Source: Takakia lepidozioides (lineage: Eukaryota; Plantae; Bryophyta). From it: 64,000 nt of DNA. The notes below the pieces were generated by a model. It searched no databases. It was given only the letters and a program-made list of their open reading frames with translations, and had not been told where the DNA came from. Made by a program: the position numbers and the translations under genes. Every line of letters starts with the position of its first letter. Position 1 is the stretch's first letter. The DNA lies in contig CM060731.1 in NCBI GenBank assembly GCA_030704615.1, forward strand, positions 87,916,001 through 87,980,000, read 5' to 3'. This document shows, piece by piece, positions 14,691-26,670 of the stretch.

Positions 14691-16224
14691 GTTCCAACAC
14701 AGTTTTTCCTACACATAGATTGACGGTAAACATTCACACTCTTCAATCGAATGGAATATTTGAAGAAATGACTCTAAAGGATAATATGCACTAGAGGCTT
14801 CACCCACTCTTTCAAGTTTCATTTCAAAATACTAAGTATATTGAAAGTTAAGGACTTTTTAAAAAGTCCCTAGTAAAATGTCATAGTCCATAATCTGATG
14901 ATTATGTACTTTGTTCTTGTCAATTTTCAATGCCACTGTAAAAAAGGACTCACATTATGATCACCCCCATTTTGAGGAATCTAGAATGCCTTATCTTACA
15001 CTCAAATATGTAGTCCATAAAATGTTAGGGACTTTTGAAGAGCATAGAAATTAGTTATTTTTGTATTAAGCTTTACTACATGAAAAATATAGATTTACAA
15101 GAACTTCCTTCACAAAAAACACGCATTTCCCATAGGTTGAGGGCATAGATGAATTAGATTTGAGAATTTCGTTATTTTTAATTTGAGTTTATTTTAAAAT
15201 GGACAAAACCGGGTTCCATTGGACCCCCATAATAAAGCGAGGCCTTTGGCAGCAGACAGGAGAGTGAAAGAGGAGCTTAAGAAGCATGGAAAAGAGAGAA
15301 AGTGGCGAGGTTGCTATGGCGACGGAGGAGAGTACTGCAGGTGCGGCAGTTATAGATAAGATAGCAGAGGCACTAAGATATAGAGCTAGAAAGACGAGAG
15401 AGCTAAAAATTTGGCGGAACCCTATAAGAATAGTCATGGATAAAAGCTTTGCTAAGACACAACCAAGGTCACGGCGGGAGGGCGGAGCGCCACTCGGCCC
15501 CGCGAGCGCCGATAACCAAGAGAATACTCCAATTGCAGTATCTCATGTTCCTGCACAACGAACTGGCCCAAATTACCCCAGATCACGATAGAGGGAACCT
15601 CAATAATTTTTTCCAGGCACAGCTGATGTCAGTCCACCTGTGACTAACATACAAATGCACACTCTACCTTTTCAAGGAGCATTTATGAAGTGACTCGCCC
15701 TCTCGGAGGGGGAATGGAATAACAGACATAGACAAATAGTTGGTTACAACTGAACACCCTGAATCTCAGGCACCAAGGGAATACGATCTTCTGCATATAC
15801 TCTGGGAGATTTTTAATGTGAACCTGTTGTTGTCAGCAATAAGCCGGTATTGCTTGGTTGCAAAGGAAGATCAAAATTTGGAAGGCAAAAGATTCAAATA
15901 CTTACCCAAATTTCCTATAACATCGCATTCGTTATGTGAAACTAGTTCACCCCGCATTGCACACTTCGAAGTGATTAGCTCGGAGCGCATTAAAGATATT
16001 TGTGCAATTCAATCTCAACCATTAGCTGAGGTGCAATCATTTTGCATGGTTCATTCTTCTGAGAAAAGAGAGAGAGAGAAGACTCTGGCCGAGACCGGCA
16101 TAACTCAGAGCCACTTCGCCTCACGACTATTGCCCCCTTTCGGGGGTGGGCCCTATAAAGAAAGCAAGTATCCAGGGGACACCGGGTAACCAAGGGGGAG
16201 ATGTACCTAGGGTACTTAGGGTAG

Positions 16225-16412
16225 ACAACCAGCATATAGCCCAGTGGTAATGGGCACATACCACGTTGGATGTGGTTGTGGGTTCAAACCACGGCCTGGT
16301 GTGTCATGAAGGTGTCCACCTTTCAGCTGGAAGGCAGTAGCCCTTGTGGTGAAGTGACACCATAAGTTACGCTCCCTTCGGGAGGTGTCATATATATATA
16401 TATATATATATA
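16225..16412 (+). mobile_element. tRNA-derived SINE-like element ending in (TA)n
   Basis: A-box TAGCCCAGTGGTAA (16237), B-box GGTTCAAACC (16281), ACCAG/CTGGT stem, (TA)n at 16391-16412. Confidence 0.5.
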
Positions 16413-16657
16413 CTTAGGATACCCAGGGTACCATGGGGTACCTAGTGTATCGAAGGGGGGTTGGATTCAAGTTGTCGCTTCTTAGTAATAATAGCAGAGC
16501 GCTGTGAGGTGTATTGCCTTGAAGCATTTGTGGATAGGAGAGATAGGAATATTAAAGTTTTTGTATACATAGTGCGGTGATGTTGGCATTATGGATGCCG
16601 CCTTTAGTTCCGGCCGTGATAACAGATAGTGGGTCGGTGTTCCCACCACGTTGGCGT

Positions 16658-17480
16658 CATCTTTCTTCTCGCCGCTAGTGTCGACCGATCCCAAGAATTG
16701 TTCCCCAGCTGGACATACGAGCATGACATTGAACAATGATCTGTTTGTAACAGAACTCCAACCATCGGCACATATAGCGCTTCCATATTTTCTGATGCAC
16801 TCGCCCGTCCCATCGTTGACCTTTTGGGTAAACTTGGTCATGACGTCTTCTAGCAATCTTGTGCGGAGATTGTGATAAGTCGGAGGCACATACGTGGATC
16901 TGGACTCCGAGGTTGCTCTAACGGCAGAAACAAATGCCGGAAGCTTTGCCACATTAAATGGTATGTTGGCCTCGAAAAAAAACTGCGCCCATTTTTTATC
17001 CAACTGCCTTTTCGACCTTCCTGCATGGATTGCTCCCGTAATCCTCTACTCCGTTGAAATGTAGGGGTACAAAGAGGTGTTGAAGCAGGTGTTGCTCCGG
17101 CACAACCCATTTGTCCAGGACACCTGAAGCCTCACAAGAGTCGCCTTGGGTACTAATCGGGGCATCTTGACGGAAAAATGAAGTGTTTTGCTCAGAGGTC
17201 ATGTCCAGATCGAGAGACATTGGAAAATTACCTCCATACTGGGCAAAATGGCTTTTTACCCGCATAGATGCTTTAGGGCATAAACCCACCCCAGCGCTCT
17301 TCACACCTCTATAGCCGAGGTGAGCGAGCAACCGATCTCTACGATAAGAAAGATTTAATCCATTTAGGTTGCACTCAACACTACCAGTGGCACTGACAGT
17401 GTTCCGGATTGCCGTATACCAAGGGCTCCATTCCTCCCCCATCTTCACCCAATATCCACTCCCCTGGGCCCTAGCGATGT
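16658..17480 (-). pseudogene. hAT transposase, N-terminal half (BED-like finger and start of DUF659)
   Basis: RLLAHLG..GVGLC; WAQFFFEANIPFNVA; YVPPTYHNLR; ICADGWS; FLGSVDTSGEKKD. Confidence 0.85.
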
Positions 17481-17825
17481 AAGCAACAAAAAACAGTCAC
17501 CTATAAAGGAACGTGTTGTGAATGTAGAGTGCAGGCGATAGCCAACACTTCTACACCTGTCAGCAACCCAAGTGGGTCGATGTGGGTTGTAGTGTTGAGC
17601 TTATACACAATCTGCTGAAGTGGCTTTAGTAGAAGCCACAACAGCAAAAGTTGCGCACCCTCCTCTTGGGCTACACTCTCGTTCAATGGAAGAGAACATC
17701 CAAAACAACCTCAAGTGTTTGCGCCAAAAAAAGTGAGGAGCTTGGTGACCCTGCTCCCTTATATATGATCCAGGAAGGATGAAAGTGAAATGAAAGTGAA
17801 ATGAATAAATGACGAACCAATAGCG

Positions 17826-18625
17826 CCCACCCGAAAAAGACGGTACAACCATATTTGTTATAATTTTGAAATTAAGCTACCGCTAATACTGCGGTCGCTA
17901 TTTTTTTTTTTATTATGAAAAACAAGCGACCGCCACTATTGTGCGGTCGCTTTTATTTCCTTTCATTTTGTGCAATATTGCGGTCACTTCTATTTTGTAT
18001 ATTTTTTTCAATTTAAAGCGACCGCCCGTATGGCGGTCGCTATTTTTTTTTATTTCAAATATAATGCGACTGCCGGTATGGCGGTCACTTCATTTGTTTA
18101 TATATTTAAAATAAAGCGACCGCCAATATGGTGGTCGATTTTATTCTTAATATTTTAAAAAAAACGGGACCGCCAGTAAGGCGGTCGTTTTTAATCTTTA
18201 TATTTTCAAGTTTAAGCGACCTCCAGGCTGGCAGTCGCTTTTATTTTATATATTATTAAATTAAAGCGACCGCCAGTTTGGCGGTCGCAAATAAGCGCCA
18301 CCGGTGTGGCGGTCGCTTTATTTTCATATGTCGTTTGTTTTTTTAAATAATTTTAAAATTTACCGACCCCATAATGGCGGTTGTTTTTTTTCTATATATT
18401 TTAGAAATAAGCGACCGCCAATGGCGGTCGCTTGTTTTTCTTTATATTTTTGAAATTATCTGACCGCCATACGGCGGTCGCTTGTTCTGTATATATTTGC
18501 AAAATTGTGCGACCGCCAATACGACAGTTGCTTGTTTTCTTTTTTAAATTAGGCAACTGCAATGGGACCGCCAATCTTGCTTTTGTTTAAAATAATTGAA
18601 GCGACCGCCATATTGGCGGTCGCTA
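17826..18625. repeat. Array of ~15 palindromes GCGACCGCC(n3-6)GGCGGTCGC in AT-rich spacers, ~50-bp period
   Basis: Unit starts at 18018, 18066, 18116, 18166, 18216, 18266 and others. Confidence 0.9.
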
Positions 18626-18643
18626 TTTCTTTTTTATTGGCCA

Positions 18644-18895
18644 GGTGAGGATCCACTGGAACATAACACCAAACCGGAGATGACACAAGAAAAGCTTCAC
18701 CGGATGTCAATTGCAGCTGTGGAAGCTAACCAGAAAGTGAAATGGTTGGAGATTTGGAATTCCGACCCAACTGTCAAGGATACATACTGCTTCCCTAGGG
18801 GTGAAAGAGATGAGAACACTGGGCACATCAAACCCTTCAGCGACCACGTTCTTGATACATGGTTGCACAAAGCCACCTACTGGAACCAGGTACTT
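18644..18895 (+). pseudogene. Isolated exon homologous to the central part of the ParB-like/MTase cargo gene
   Basis: KPEMTQEKLHRMSIAAVEANQKVKWLEIWNSDPTVKDTYCFP..FSDHVLDTWLHKATYWNQ aligns to KPTMTLEKLHRLATSCVDATEK/TRWLQIWNGSQSTRDMWSFP..LSDPTFDMWMNRMTWWFQ (53240-53515, minus strand). Preceded by a T-rich CAG acceptor. Confidence 0.75.
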
Positions 18896-18914
18896 CCGGA
18901 TCAGGCAAAGAAAT

Positions 18915-20382
18915 AGACGAGGGGGGCGGGTTTTGGGTGGTGGTGGTTGGGGTTGGGGGGGTGGGGCAATCAGGGGGGCCTGAAGAGGGGGTCTGCTCGT
19001 CGCCGGCCATAACGCCTACGACACCTACGATACCCCTCGACCCTACGCATTTCATCTACGTGCTGCTGGGGGAACCAACTGGTCACATCGGGCACATGCT
19101 CTGGAACAAATTCTGCAAGTAGACCGGCGCAAAATGCCTCTTGTGCAATGTGATTGCGAGCTTGGGCATCAAGTCGTGGCTGCAATGTGCGTAGTGAACG
19201 ACGCATCAATACTTATGTCGTAATTTTGATTCAGCATATTATTAGATACTATATTATATAGCATACTATATTATTAGATAAACCTAAATGTACCTTAAAT
19301 GAATGTTAATGAGAGGGGTGGGAAAAACACTCACCTTTGCCGCATCCGCAATCTTGTTTTTCTTGTAATGTTTTTCGACAACATGAGGTTGCCGCCTCAG
19401 TGGTCTGGTGGTATCCGTTCCCAACACATAGTGCACCAACACTCAATCCTGTCGGGGGTGTCAAAGGTGGACATGGTTGAACGGGGTGGCCCGCGAGGGG
19501 GCAACCCGCGGCGCCCGACTCGACTCGATCCCGGAGTGTCAACATCCTCCGCATCACCTGAAATTTGGCCCCAGTCCCTTCTACGATTGTGCCCGACAAC
19601 CTGTATTGGATCAGGTGCAATGGGTGGCTCCTCGCCACGAAAAACGGTCGCTCTAGGGCCACAATCGATATGTGGTACTACCTCCCCATCCTCGAGGGAG
19701 ACGGGTCGATGTTTCCTCACCATCGCGTCCTAATTAACACACACCACCAACACTTTCATTTCTCAAAAACCGTTGGCAAAAAAACCCTATGCCTCAGCCT
19801 TGGGGCTTTCAAAATTGGTAACCAAAGGTGGAGCATCCCTATGGTGCTAGAGCCCAAGACAATAAATCCTTCCTCTCGTTCTATCTTCGGGATGCCCACA
19901 CCATGGAAAAATTTGTTGAGACCCAGCGCTTTGTGATTATCAGATTGAACCACATTTTTGGATATGTGAATCCTAATTACACCGTTTATCCTTTTAACCC
20001 CAAGACCCACAACCAAAACCGCCAATCCAAAACCCAGCACCATAAAGAAAAGCAAACACCCCTAACCAAAAAAAAAAAAACCAAGAAACCCAAAAGGCCG
20101 TAAACCCTAAACCCAGAAAGGCCGTCGTCGCCTCCTGTGACACCCTCGCGTCGCATTTGACGACGAGTTTTTTTCAATTTTTTACCTGGGGGTTGCACCC
20201 CGCGACGGAAAGCCGTCGCGGGGGGCGACGTGTTTTGTTTAATTTATGGGCTGGGGGTCGCAAGCAACGACGGCCGGCCGTCGCAAATATCATTTTTACA
20301 TTTAAAAAAAAAGGCGGGGCGCAGGCGTGCGACGGCCGGGCGTCGCACGTAGGCGCCGCGTTTTTTTTTTTCCCCCTAAGTG
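18915..20382 (-). mobile_element. Probable 5' end of a CACTA-like element
   Basis: Minus-strand terminus CACTTAGGGGGAAAA at 20382; subterminal GCGACGG/CCGTCGC repeats at 20120-20350; IECWCTMC resembles the transposase-associated CxCxxC motif. Confidence 0.4.
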
Positions 20383-20789
20383 CTTGAAGCATCTCTTTCC
20401 CCTCCCGTTTTCGTTTATTCTTTGGGAGAGAGGTAGTTCAGAGAGTGGGGTTTAGGATAGAGGAGAAACGCACCTGATGCTGAGCCCAAGGTGGTCGCAA
20501 GGCCCCAAGGAGTTTGCCCCAACACCGCTCCAACGCCCAAGGTAAGCACCGCCTCCTCCCTCACTTTCTCTCTTGCTTTCTTGCCCTAAGCACGGGCTGA
20601 TGTCTCTCTCCCCTGTGTGGTAGGATCGCCGCGCAGAGGCGCGACCTAAACGAGCTGAAGATAGAGATAGCCGTGGTGAGCGGGGAGAGACGCCCTGCAG
20701 CGGCGGGGACCCCGCTGCTAGCAGCCGCGACAGCACCGCGCAGCTCGCCGCGCCAGCTCGTTTCAAGCACCACCAGCAGCAGCAGAGGT

Positions 20790-22910
20790 ACGTCAGGGAA
20801 ATTGCACTCTCCCTTTCCTCTCTGCTTCTGTTTACTGTTCAAAGGTAGTCTTCCTGCACTGAGTTTAAATTTAGGTCTGGTGCCAAGAGTGGGATAGACC
20901 CTTGAGCGCATCCATGATGTCCTCCCCCATGTCATAGACTGGAAACAGGTTCAGGGAAGTTTTCTTCCTAACTTCATTTTCATCGGACAATTTTCTGGTA
21001 ACAAACATGGCTTTGGACCCTACACTCTCTAAGTCAGGTTTATCCAACAAGGTCAACTTGCGGGTCCAGATTCAGATCCTTGAGAATCTCTTCTACTCTC
21101 TTCTCCCATGGCTTACCTTGTTTAACAGGGCGGTCCCGTTTCCAAGATATAGAGTCGATTAACTTAGGATATCTGGTGTTGGACATATATTTCAGCTGAA
21201 CCCACCATCTGACCTTGAATTTATCTCGTCACGAGCTTAAAAGAGAGCAGCACAGAAGAGAGGGAGGGAGAGGGACAGAGAGAGGGAGTGAGAGGGAGAC
21301 GTCAAGGGGCAACAAAGAAAAGAAAAGAATGTGGGGGGGGGAGTGACTGAGCAACTGCTGCTGCTCAGTCATCCCCCCCCCCCCCCCCCACATTTTTTTT
21401 TTTCTTTGTTGCCCCCTCTCTTGGGAAACAAAAGGGACAGATCCTACCTCTGTCAGGGGCTGACGTTGGTAGTAAGACTTACATTCACATATAGAATTAA
21501 TCCGGGTTTTCCAGATATCCTCTACAAATCCCTTCACACAAGCATCAATCTGTTGTGTGTGAGTTGCCCAAAAACTAGGCCTCAAAAGGGGCTGGGCTTT
21601 TGGCTCAGCCTCGACTTTTTCAAAGTTAGTAAATAGAGGTACATGCACAATTCCCTTGATAGATTTGAAGAGAGCGTCTCTTTGGTGAGAGAACCCAGGA
21701 CAGTGTATCAAAATGAATAATGTCTTCAGGTTGCCCACAGACATGGTTGGACACTACAGCCCTAAGTCAGATTTATCCAGCAAGGTGAAGACTTGCGGTT
21801 CCAGGTCCAGGTCCTTGAGAATCTCTTCTACTGTCTTCTACCAGGACTTAGCCTGTTTGACAGGTCGGTGGGCGGTCTTGTTTCCAAGATATAGAGTCAA
21901 TTAACTTAGGATATCTGGTATTGGACATATGTTGTAGCTGAACCCACCAACTGACCTTGAATTTATCTCGTCGGGAGCTTAAAAGAGAGCAGCACAGAAG
22001 AGAGGGAGAGAGAGGGAGAGGGAGACATCAGGGGGCAACAAAGAAAAGAAAAGAAGGTGGGGGGGGGGGAGTGACTGAGCAGCTGCTGCTGCTGCTCAGT
22101 CACCCCCCCCCCCCCCCCCCCCGCCACTTTTTTTTTTTTTCTTTGTTGCCCCCTCTCTTGGGGAAACAAAAGGGACAGATCCTACCTCTGTCAAGGGCTA
22201 ACGTTGGTAGTAAGACTTACCTTCACATATAGAATTAATCTGGGTTTTCCAGATATCCTCTACAAATCCCTTCACACAAGCATCAATCTGCTGTGTGTGA
22301 GATGCCCAAAAACTAGGCCTCAGAAGGGCCTGGGCTTTTGGCTCAGGCCTTGAGACTTCCAAAGTTGGTAAACAGAGGTACATGCACAATTCCCTTGATA
22401 GATTTGAAGAGAGCGTCTCTTTGGTGAGAGAACCCCGGACAGTGTATCAAAAAATGAGTACTGTCTTCAGATTGCCCACACAACGGCAATTGCACTCTCC
22501 CTTTCCTCTCTGCTTCTGTTTGCTGTTCAAAGGTAGGCTTCCTGCCCTGAGTTTTAAATTTCAGTCTAGTGTCGAGAGTGGGTAGACCCTTGAGGTCATC
22601 CAATGTCCTCCCCCATGTCACTGACTGGAAACAAGTTCAGGGAAGTTTTTTGCCTAACTTCATTTTCATCAGACAATCTCATGGCAACAGACATGGTTGG
22701 ACACTACAGCCTCTAAGTCAGATTTATCCAGCAGGGTGAAGACTTGCGGTTCCAGGTCCAGGTCCTTGAGAATCTCTTCTACTGTCTTCTGCTAGGACTT
22801 AGCCTGTTTGACAGGTCGGTGGGCGGTCCTGTTTCCAAGATATAGAGTCAATTAACTTAGGATATCTGGTGTTGGACATATGCTGCAGCTGACCCCACCA
22901 TCTGACCTCC
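20790..22910 (-). mobile_element. Three tandem truncated copies of the same LINE 3' region, separated by long palindromes
   Basis: Copies at ~20790-21230, 21425-21960 and 22165-22908 are closely similar to 700-1266; VRWWGQLQHMSNTRYPK motif; hairpins at 21306-21415 and 22031-22153. Confidence 0.85.
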
Positions 22911-24562
22911 GCCCCCCCCCCCCCCCACCCATTTTTTTTTCATTGTTGCCAACTCTCTCTGCCTCTGTCTCCCTCCTCGGAATTGGCCGGTTGCATCAGT
23001 GTTCTTTTCATGTTGTTCCATCTATACCAGATGGACTCTAAACAGTGTTTTCACCCGCCTTATACGGTTTTTCTATCCATACCGGAAGAATTACCTGGGT
23101 GGACACTAAAATACCTCTAAAAAGGGCCTATAATTTTTCATTCCTCTTTTATTGACTTTCATCTATACCAGATGAGTCACCAGAGAATGAGGAATTACCT
23201 CCGTAGGGGTTGTGACACTGACATCCTATCTATAATTTTTCCATCCATCCCGGATGAAAAATACCAGGATTTGAATTCGTTTTATTCCTCCTTTATGCTT
23301 TTTTTCCGTACTGGATGAGGCTTTCTCTTAGGGGATGATGAATTACCTGTTAGGATGAGAAACCGCTGCCTTGGATGATGTGTACTGATTTTTCATCATG
23401 TTGATGGACCTCCTCCAAATAAATGAACCTATTTATTCTTTTCATCTGAACCGGATGAAAAAAACAGCTTATGATGGCCCTGGAGAATTGTTTAATTACC
23501 CTTAATTACTGCGAATTAAGGTGTGAAACCCTAACCCCTACCCTATAATCTATTGTTTAAACCTAGATAATAGATGACATCCGTCGGGTTTTCGAGACAA
23601 AGGGTGTTGATTATTCATCCTCCGTGGATGAAAATCGGGCTTTGCCCTAGGGTGTCTCTCCCGCCGTCAGCTGCACTCCTCGTGCTCCTGAGCTCGCGGG
23701 CTGAGAGTTATGGCGTCTAAGCTCTGCTGCTACCCTGTCTGTTGCTTCGTGCCCATGCCGGACGAGCTCCTGGGGATGCACAATGGCGGCGTCTTGTCTC
23801 TTCTCACAGGCGGGAGACCCCGCTGTGATGGCATCGTCTCTTTCCCTCCTCTGGCTTTTATGTCTCGTAGCGGCGCTTGTGTGGGGAAGTATATATCTCT
23901 CTCTCCCTTCTTAAACCTAGCATTTGTATGCTTTGCTTCTCCTTAGCTGTGCTGGAGGTGGCTTGCTAGTGGTGATGGCGCAGAGTTACCTTCCCCAATC
24001 GCTCAAGGTGCTTTTGGTGATTAGGGTTCCTTTTACTTCATGTCTTTCTCTCTTGTTTTTGAGGTTCTTAGTTGACATTGATGACAAGTGTAGGGGTTTG
24101 TGATTCACCCGGGGATCCACAATCTTCACTAACCCATTGGTTTTTGTGGGGGCTTGTGATGGGACCAGGTGAGGATCCCTACCTGCTTTGAATTCTCTTG
24201 AGCTTGCAGATAAGGATGTGTGCAAAAGGATCATACTGCAGCTGCCTGCAGCCCCAATTTCGGCCCGCTTGCTCCCGGTTTGACATGATGATAAATGGAC
24301 GGACAATCCGTTTGCTCTGCCGGCACTTGTGACGCGCCAGGGCGTCTCACGGTTAACCAGCCCCGTCGACAGCCACAGCCGGATGGCTTGTCTGCCCCCC
24401 GAGGCCAGTACCCCCCGTCTTGTCCACATCTTGGATGCGCCAGGGGCCGGCTCAGCCAGCTCTCCTATTCGGGAGGTTGTTGTTGAGCCGGATGCTCAGT
24501 TGAGCACACCCCCGGCCACCAAGATAGGTGAAATGTACCTTGGCAAGCACATCACCCGTTCG

Positions 24563-25570
24563 GGGGCCATCAATGCCAACTTCTGACGGACTTCATTGAA
24601 CAGGTCGGAAGTGATAGAATCATGCAAATATGCACAGACAATGCCACTAACATGAGAAACACTGCAGACATGTTTTTGGTATGTTATCCCCATATGTACT
24701 ATCAAGGTTTTGTTGTTCATATCATTGATCTCCTTTTGGAAGATTGGGGAAAAGAACAGTGGGTGAAACAATTTGTCAAGCGAGCGAAGACCGTTGTGTC
24801 ATTCATCCGCACACACCATATCCCTTTGGCAATATATAGGAGGCACGAACCCAAATGCAGCCTCCGGAATCCAGGTGAAACTCGTTTTGTCACTAACTTC
24901 TTGATGATGGATCGGTTTGTGACGGTGAAGAGCAGTCTAGAGCACACCATCATCGATCCTCAATGGGATGCGTACACACGGACATTGCGGGACTCCAGAA
25001 AAGCCAAGTCATTGGGCAAAAGTCGAAAAGTTCGGAATAGCATTCGCAGCGATGATTTTTGGAAGAAATGTGAAAACTTTGTTTATATGGTAGAGCCGGT
25101 GTTAATCGTCTTGCGTTTTTTGATGGAAAGCAACCAGTAATGGGAAAGACATGGTTACTAATGCAAAATCTTGAGAAGCATGTCCAATCCTTGAGGCACC
25201 TTCCCTTCTCCTTGGAACCTGAACTTGCGGACAGTGCTGAGGATGCATTTTATGACGTCGTTCGATGGTTCGAACGGACTTGCATTATGCGGGGGCTTTG
25301 CTCAATCCATTTTTGCTCGACAATACCATGCTCTGAGATGACACTGATGCCAAGGTCGGCCTCGTGCGAGTGCTCATGCGACTGGCTCCGCCGAACATGG
25401 CAGAGAGAGCTATATCCGAGTACCAATGCTTCTCAGATCGCCGCGACCCTTTTGAGGACATGCCGGATCCAAAAGAGCTCAATATGTTGCCACATGAATG
25501 GTGGGATTTGATTGGAGTTGGAGCAAGAACATTGGCTCCCGTTGCGAAGCGTATTCTTGCCCAAGTCTGG
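24563..25570 (+). pseudogene. hAT transposase, C-terminal half
   Basis: FIEQVGSDRIMQICTDNATNM; HIIDLLLEDW; PGETRFVTNFLM; PHEWWDLIG..LAPVAKRILAQ (dimerisation domain, truncated). Confidence 0.85.
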
Positions 25571-25893
25571 TTGGTACTTCAAGTACAGACAGTGGGGAGC
25601 TTTCATGATGACGGTAAGCCTCTTCAATCCCAGAAAAACAAATTTCACTTTGCATCGTGTCTGTTCCTTTGGGGTTGTTGGATTGTCACTTGCAGAACCT
25701 CTTCCATTCCTTTCGTTCCTCACATTTGAGTGCATTGCCTTTCTGCAACAGACATGTCCTTGGAGGACTTGCCGACATGCCTTTCCTGTAATTTGGCGAG
25801 ACTGTTCACAATGCCTGGATGCAGCAGTCTACCAAAGCAGGACGTGACTTGTATGTTGCCACTGCAGATGACATGGTGCGTGGCACTACTGTC

Positions 25894-26615
25894 TGTCGCG
25901 GCCCTTTGCCTTGAGGGCAGGGGGTCGGGACACATGAGGGGCTGCCCCTGTGGTGGGGGCATCGGCAGCGATAGGTATGGGGGGCTGAAGCACCCTTGAG
26001 TGCCCAAGGCACTGAAGGAGGCGGAGGCGCTCACTAGGTGGAGCCCCGCACACCGGGTTGCGGTGGGGGTGGCTCCACAAGGGGTGGTGGTAGCTTAGCG
26101 GGACTTAGTGGGGGTGGCATAGGACTCACCATGGGGGTGGAGACCTCGTGGTGGGAGTCGTGGGGAGTCTTGGGACTCATCACGGTCCATAGGGGCCGTG
26201 GTGAGGGGCCAAGACTCACCGCGACTCATCACCGGGAGTCGAGGGTTTTCGTGGTGGTTCGCCATAAAATGGCATGGCTGGTTATGAACCCCCCGCGGAC
26301 AGCTACAGAAGTATATATAGGGAGTAGTAACCCCGAGAACGGTGCAAGCCCGTTGGTGACCAAAACTAGTGAGTAAGCGAGCGAGCCGGAAAGCGACCAA
26401 AGAGTGGGGAGCTGTTCCGGACTGCCATCTACCAAAGGGAATTCCACTAGTCCCAAATAGGTGGAGGGTTTAGTGGGGAGCGAAGGGGACCGTTATGTCC
26501 CGGTGAGCAGCCGAAGCTCCAAGTTGGCCCGGCGGCCAGGTTGGGAGTCAGGCGCGCGCATCAAAGCGAGTAACTATGACTTGAAGGGGAGTTTACCGAA
26601 GTGAGGTGCGCGACA
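25894..26615 (+). repeat. 5' LTR (722 bp)
   Basis: Near-identical to 32081-32835; 7-bp terminal inverted repeat. Confidence 0.95.
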
Positions 26616-26617
26616 CT

Positions 26618-26629
26618 TGGTATCAGAGC
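26618..26629 (+). promoter_or_regulatory. Primer-binding site (tRNA-iMet)
   Basis: TGGTATCAGAGC, 2 bp after the LTR end. Confidence 0.95.
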
Positions 26630-26670
26630 TTAGAGTTCAGTACGCGATCGTCCTTGGGATTGGCCTCATC

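Noticed and set aside
15189-16189. Short ORFs at 15286-15591 and 15740-16189
   Set aside because: No recognisable motifs; probably TE non-coding relic.
16225-16310. Functional tRNA gene
   Set aside because: A and B boxes are present but there is no convincing cloverleaf or T-run terminator; treated as SINE-like.
17826-18625. CRISPR array
   Set aside because: Repeats are degenerate, spacers are low-complexity AT tracts, and there are no cas genes.
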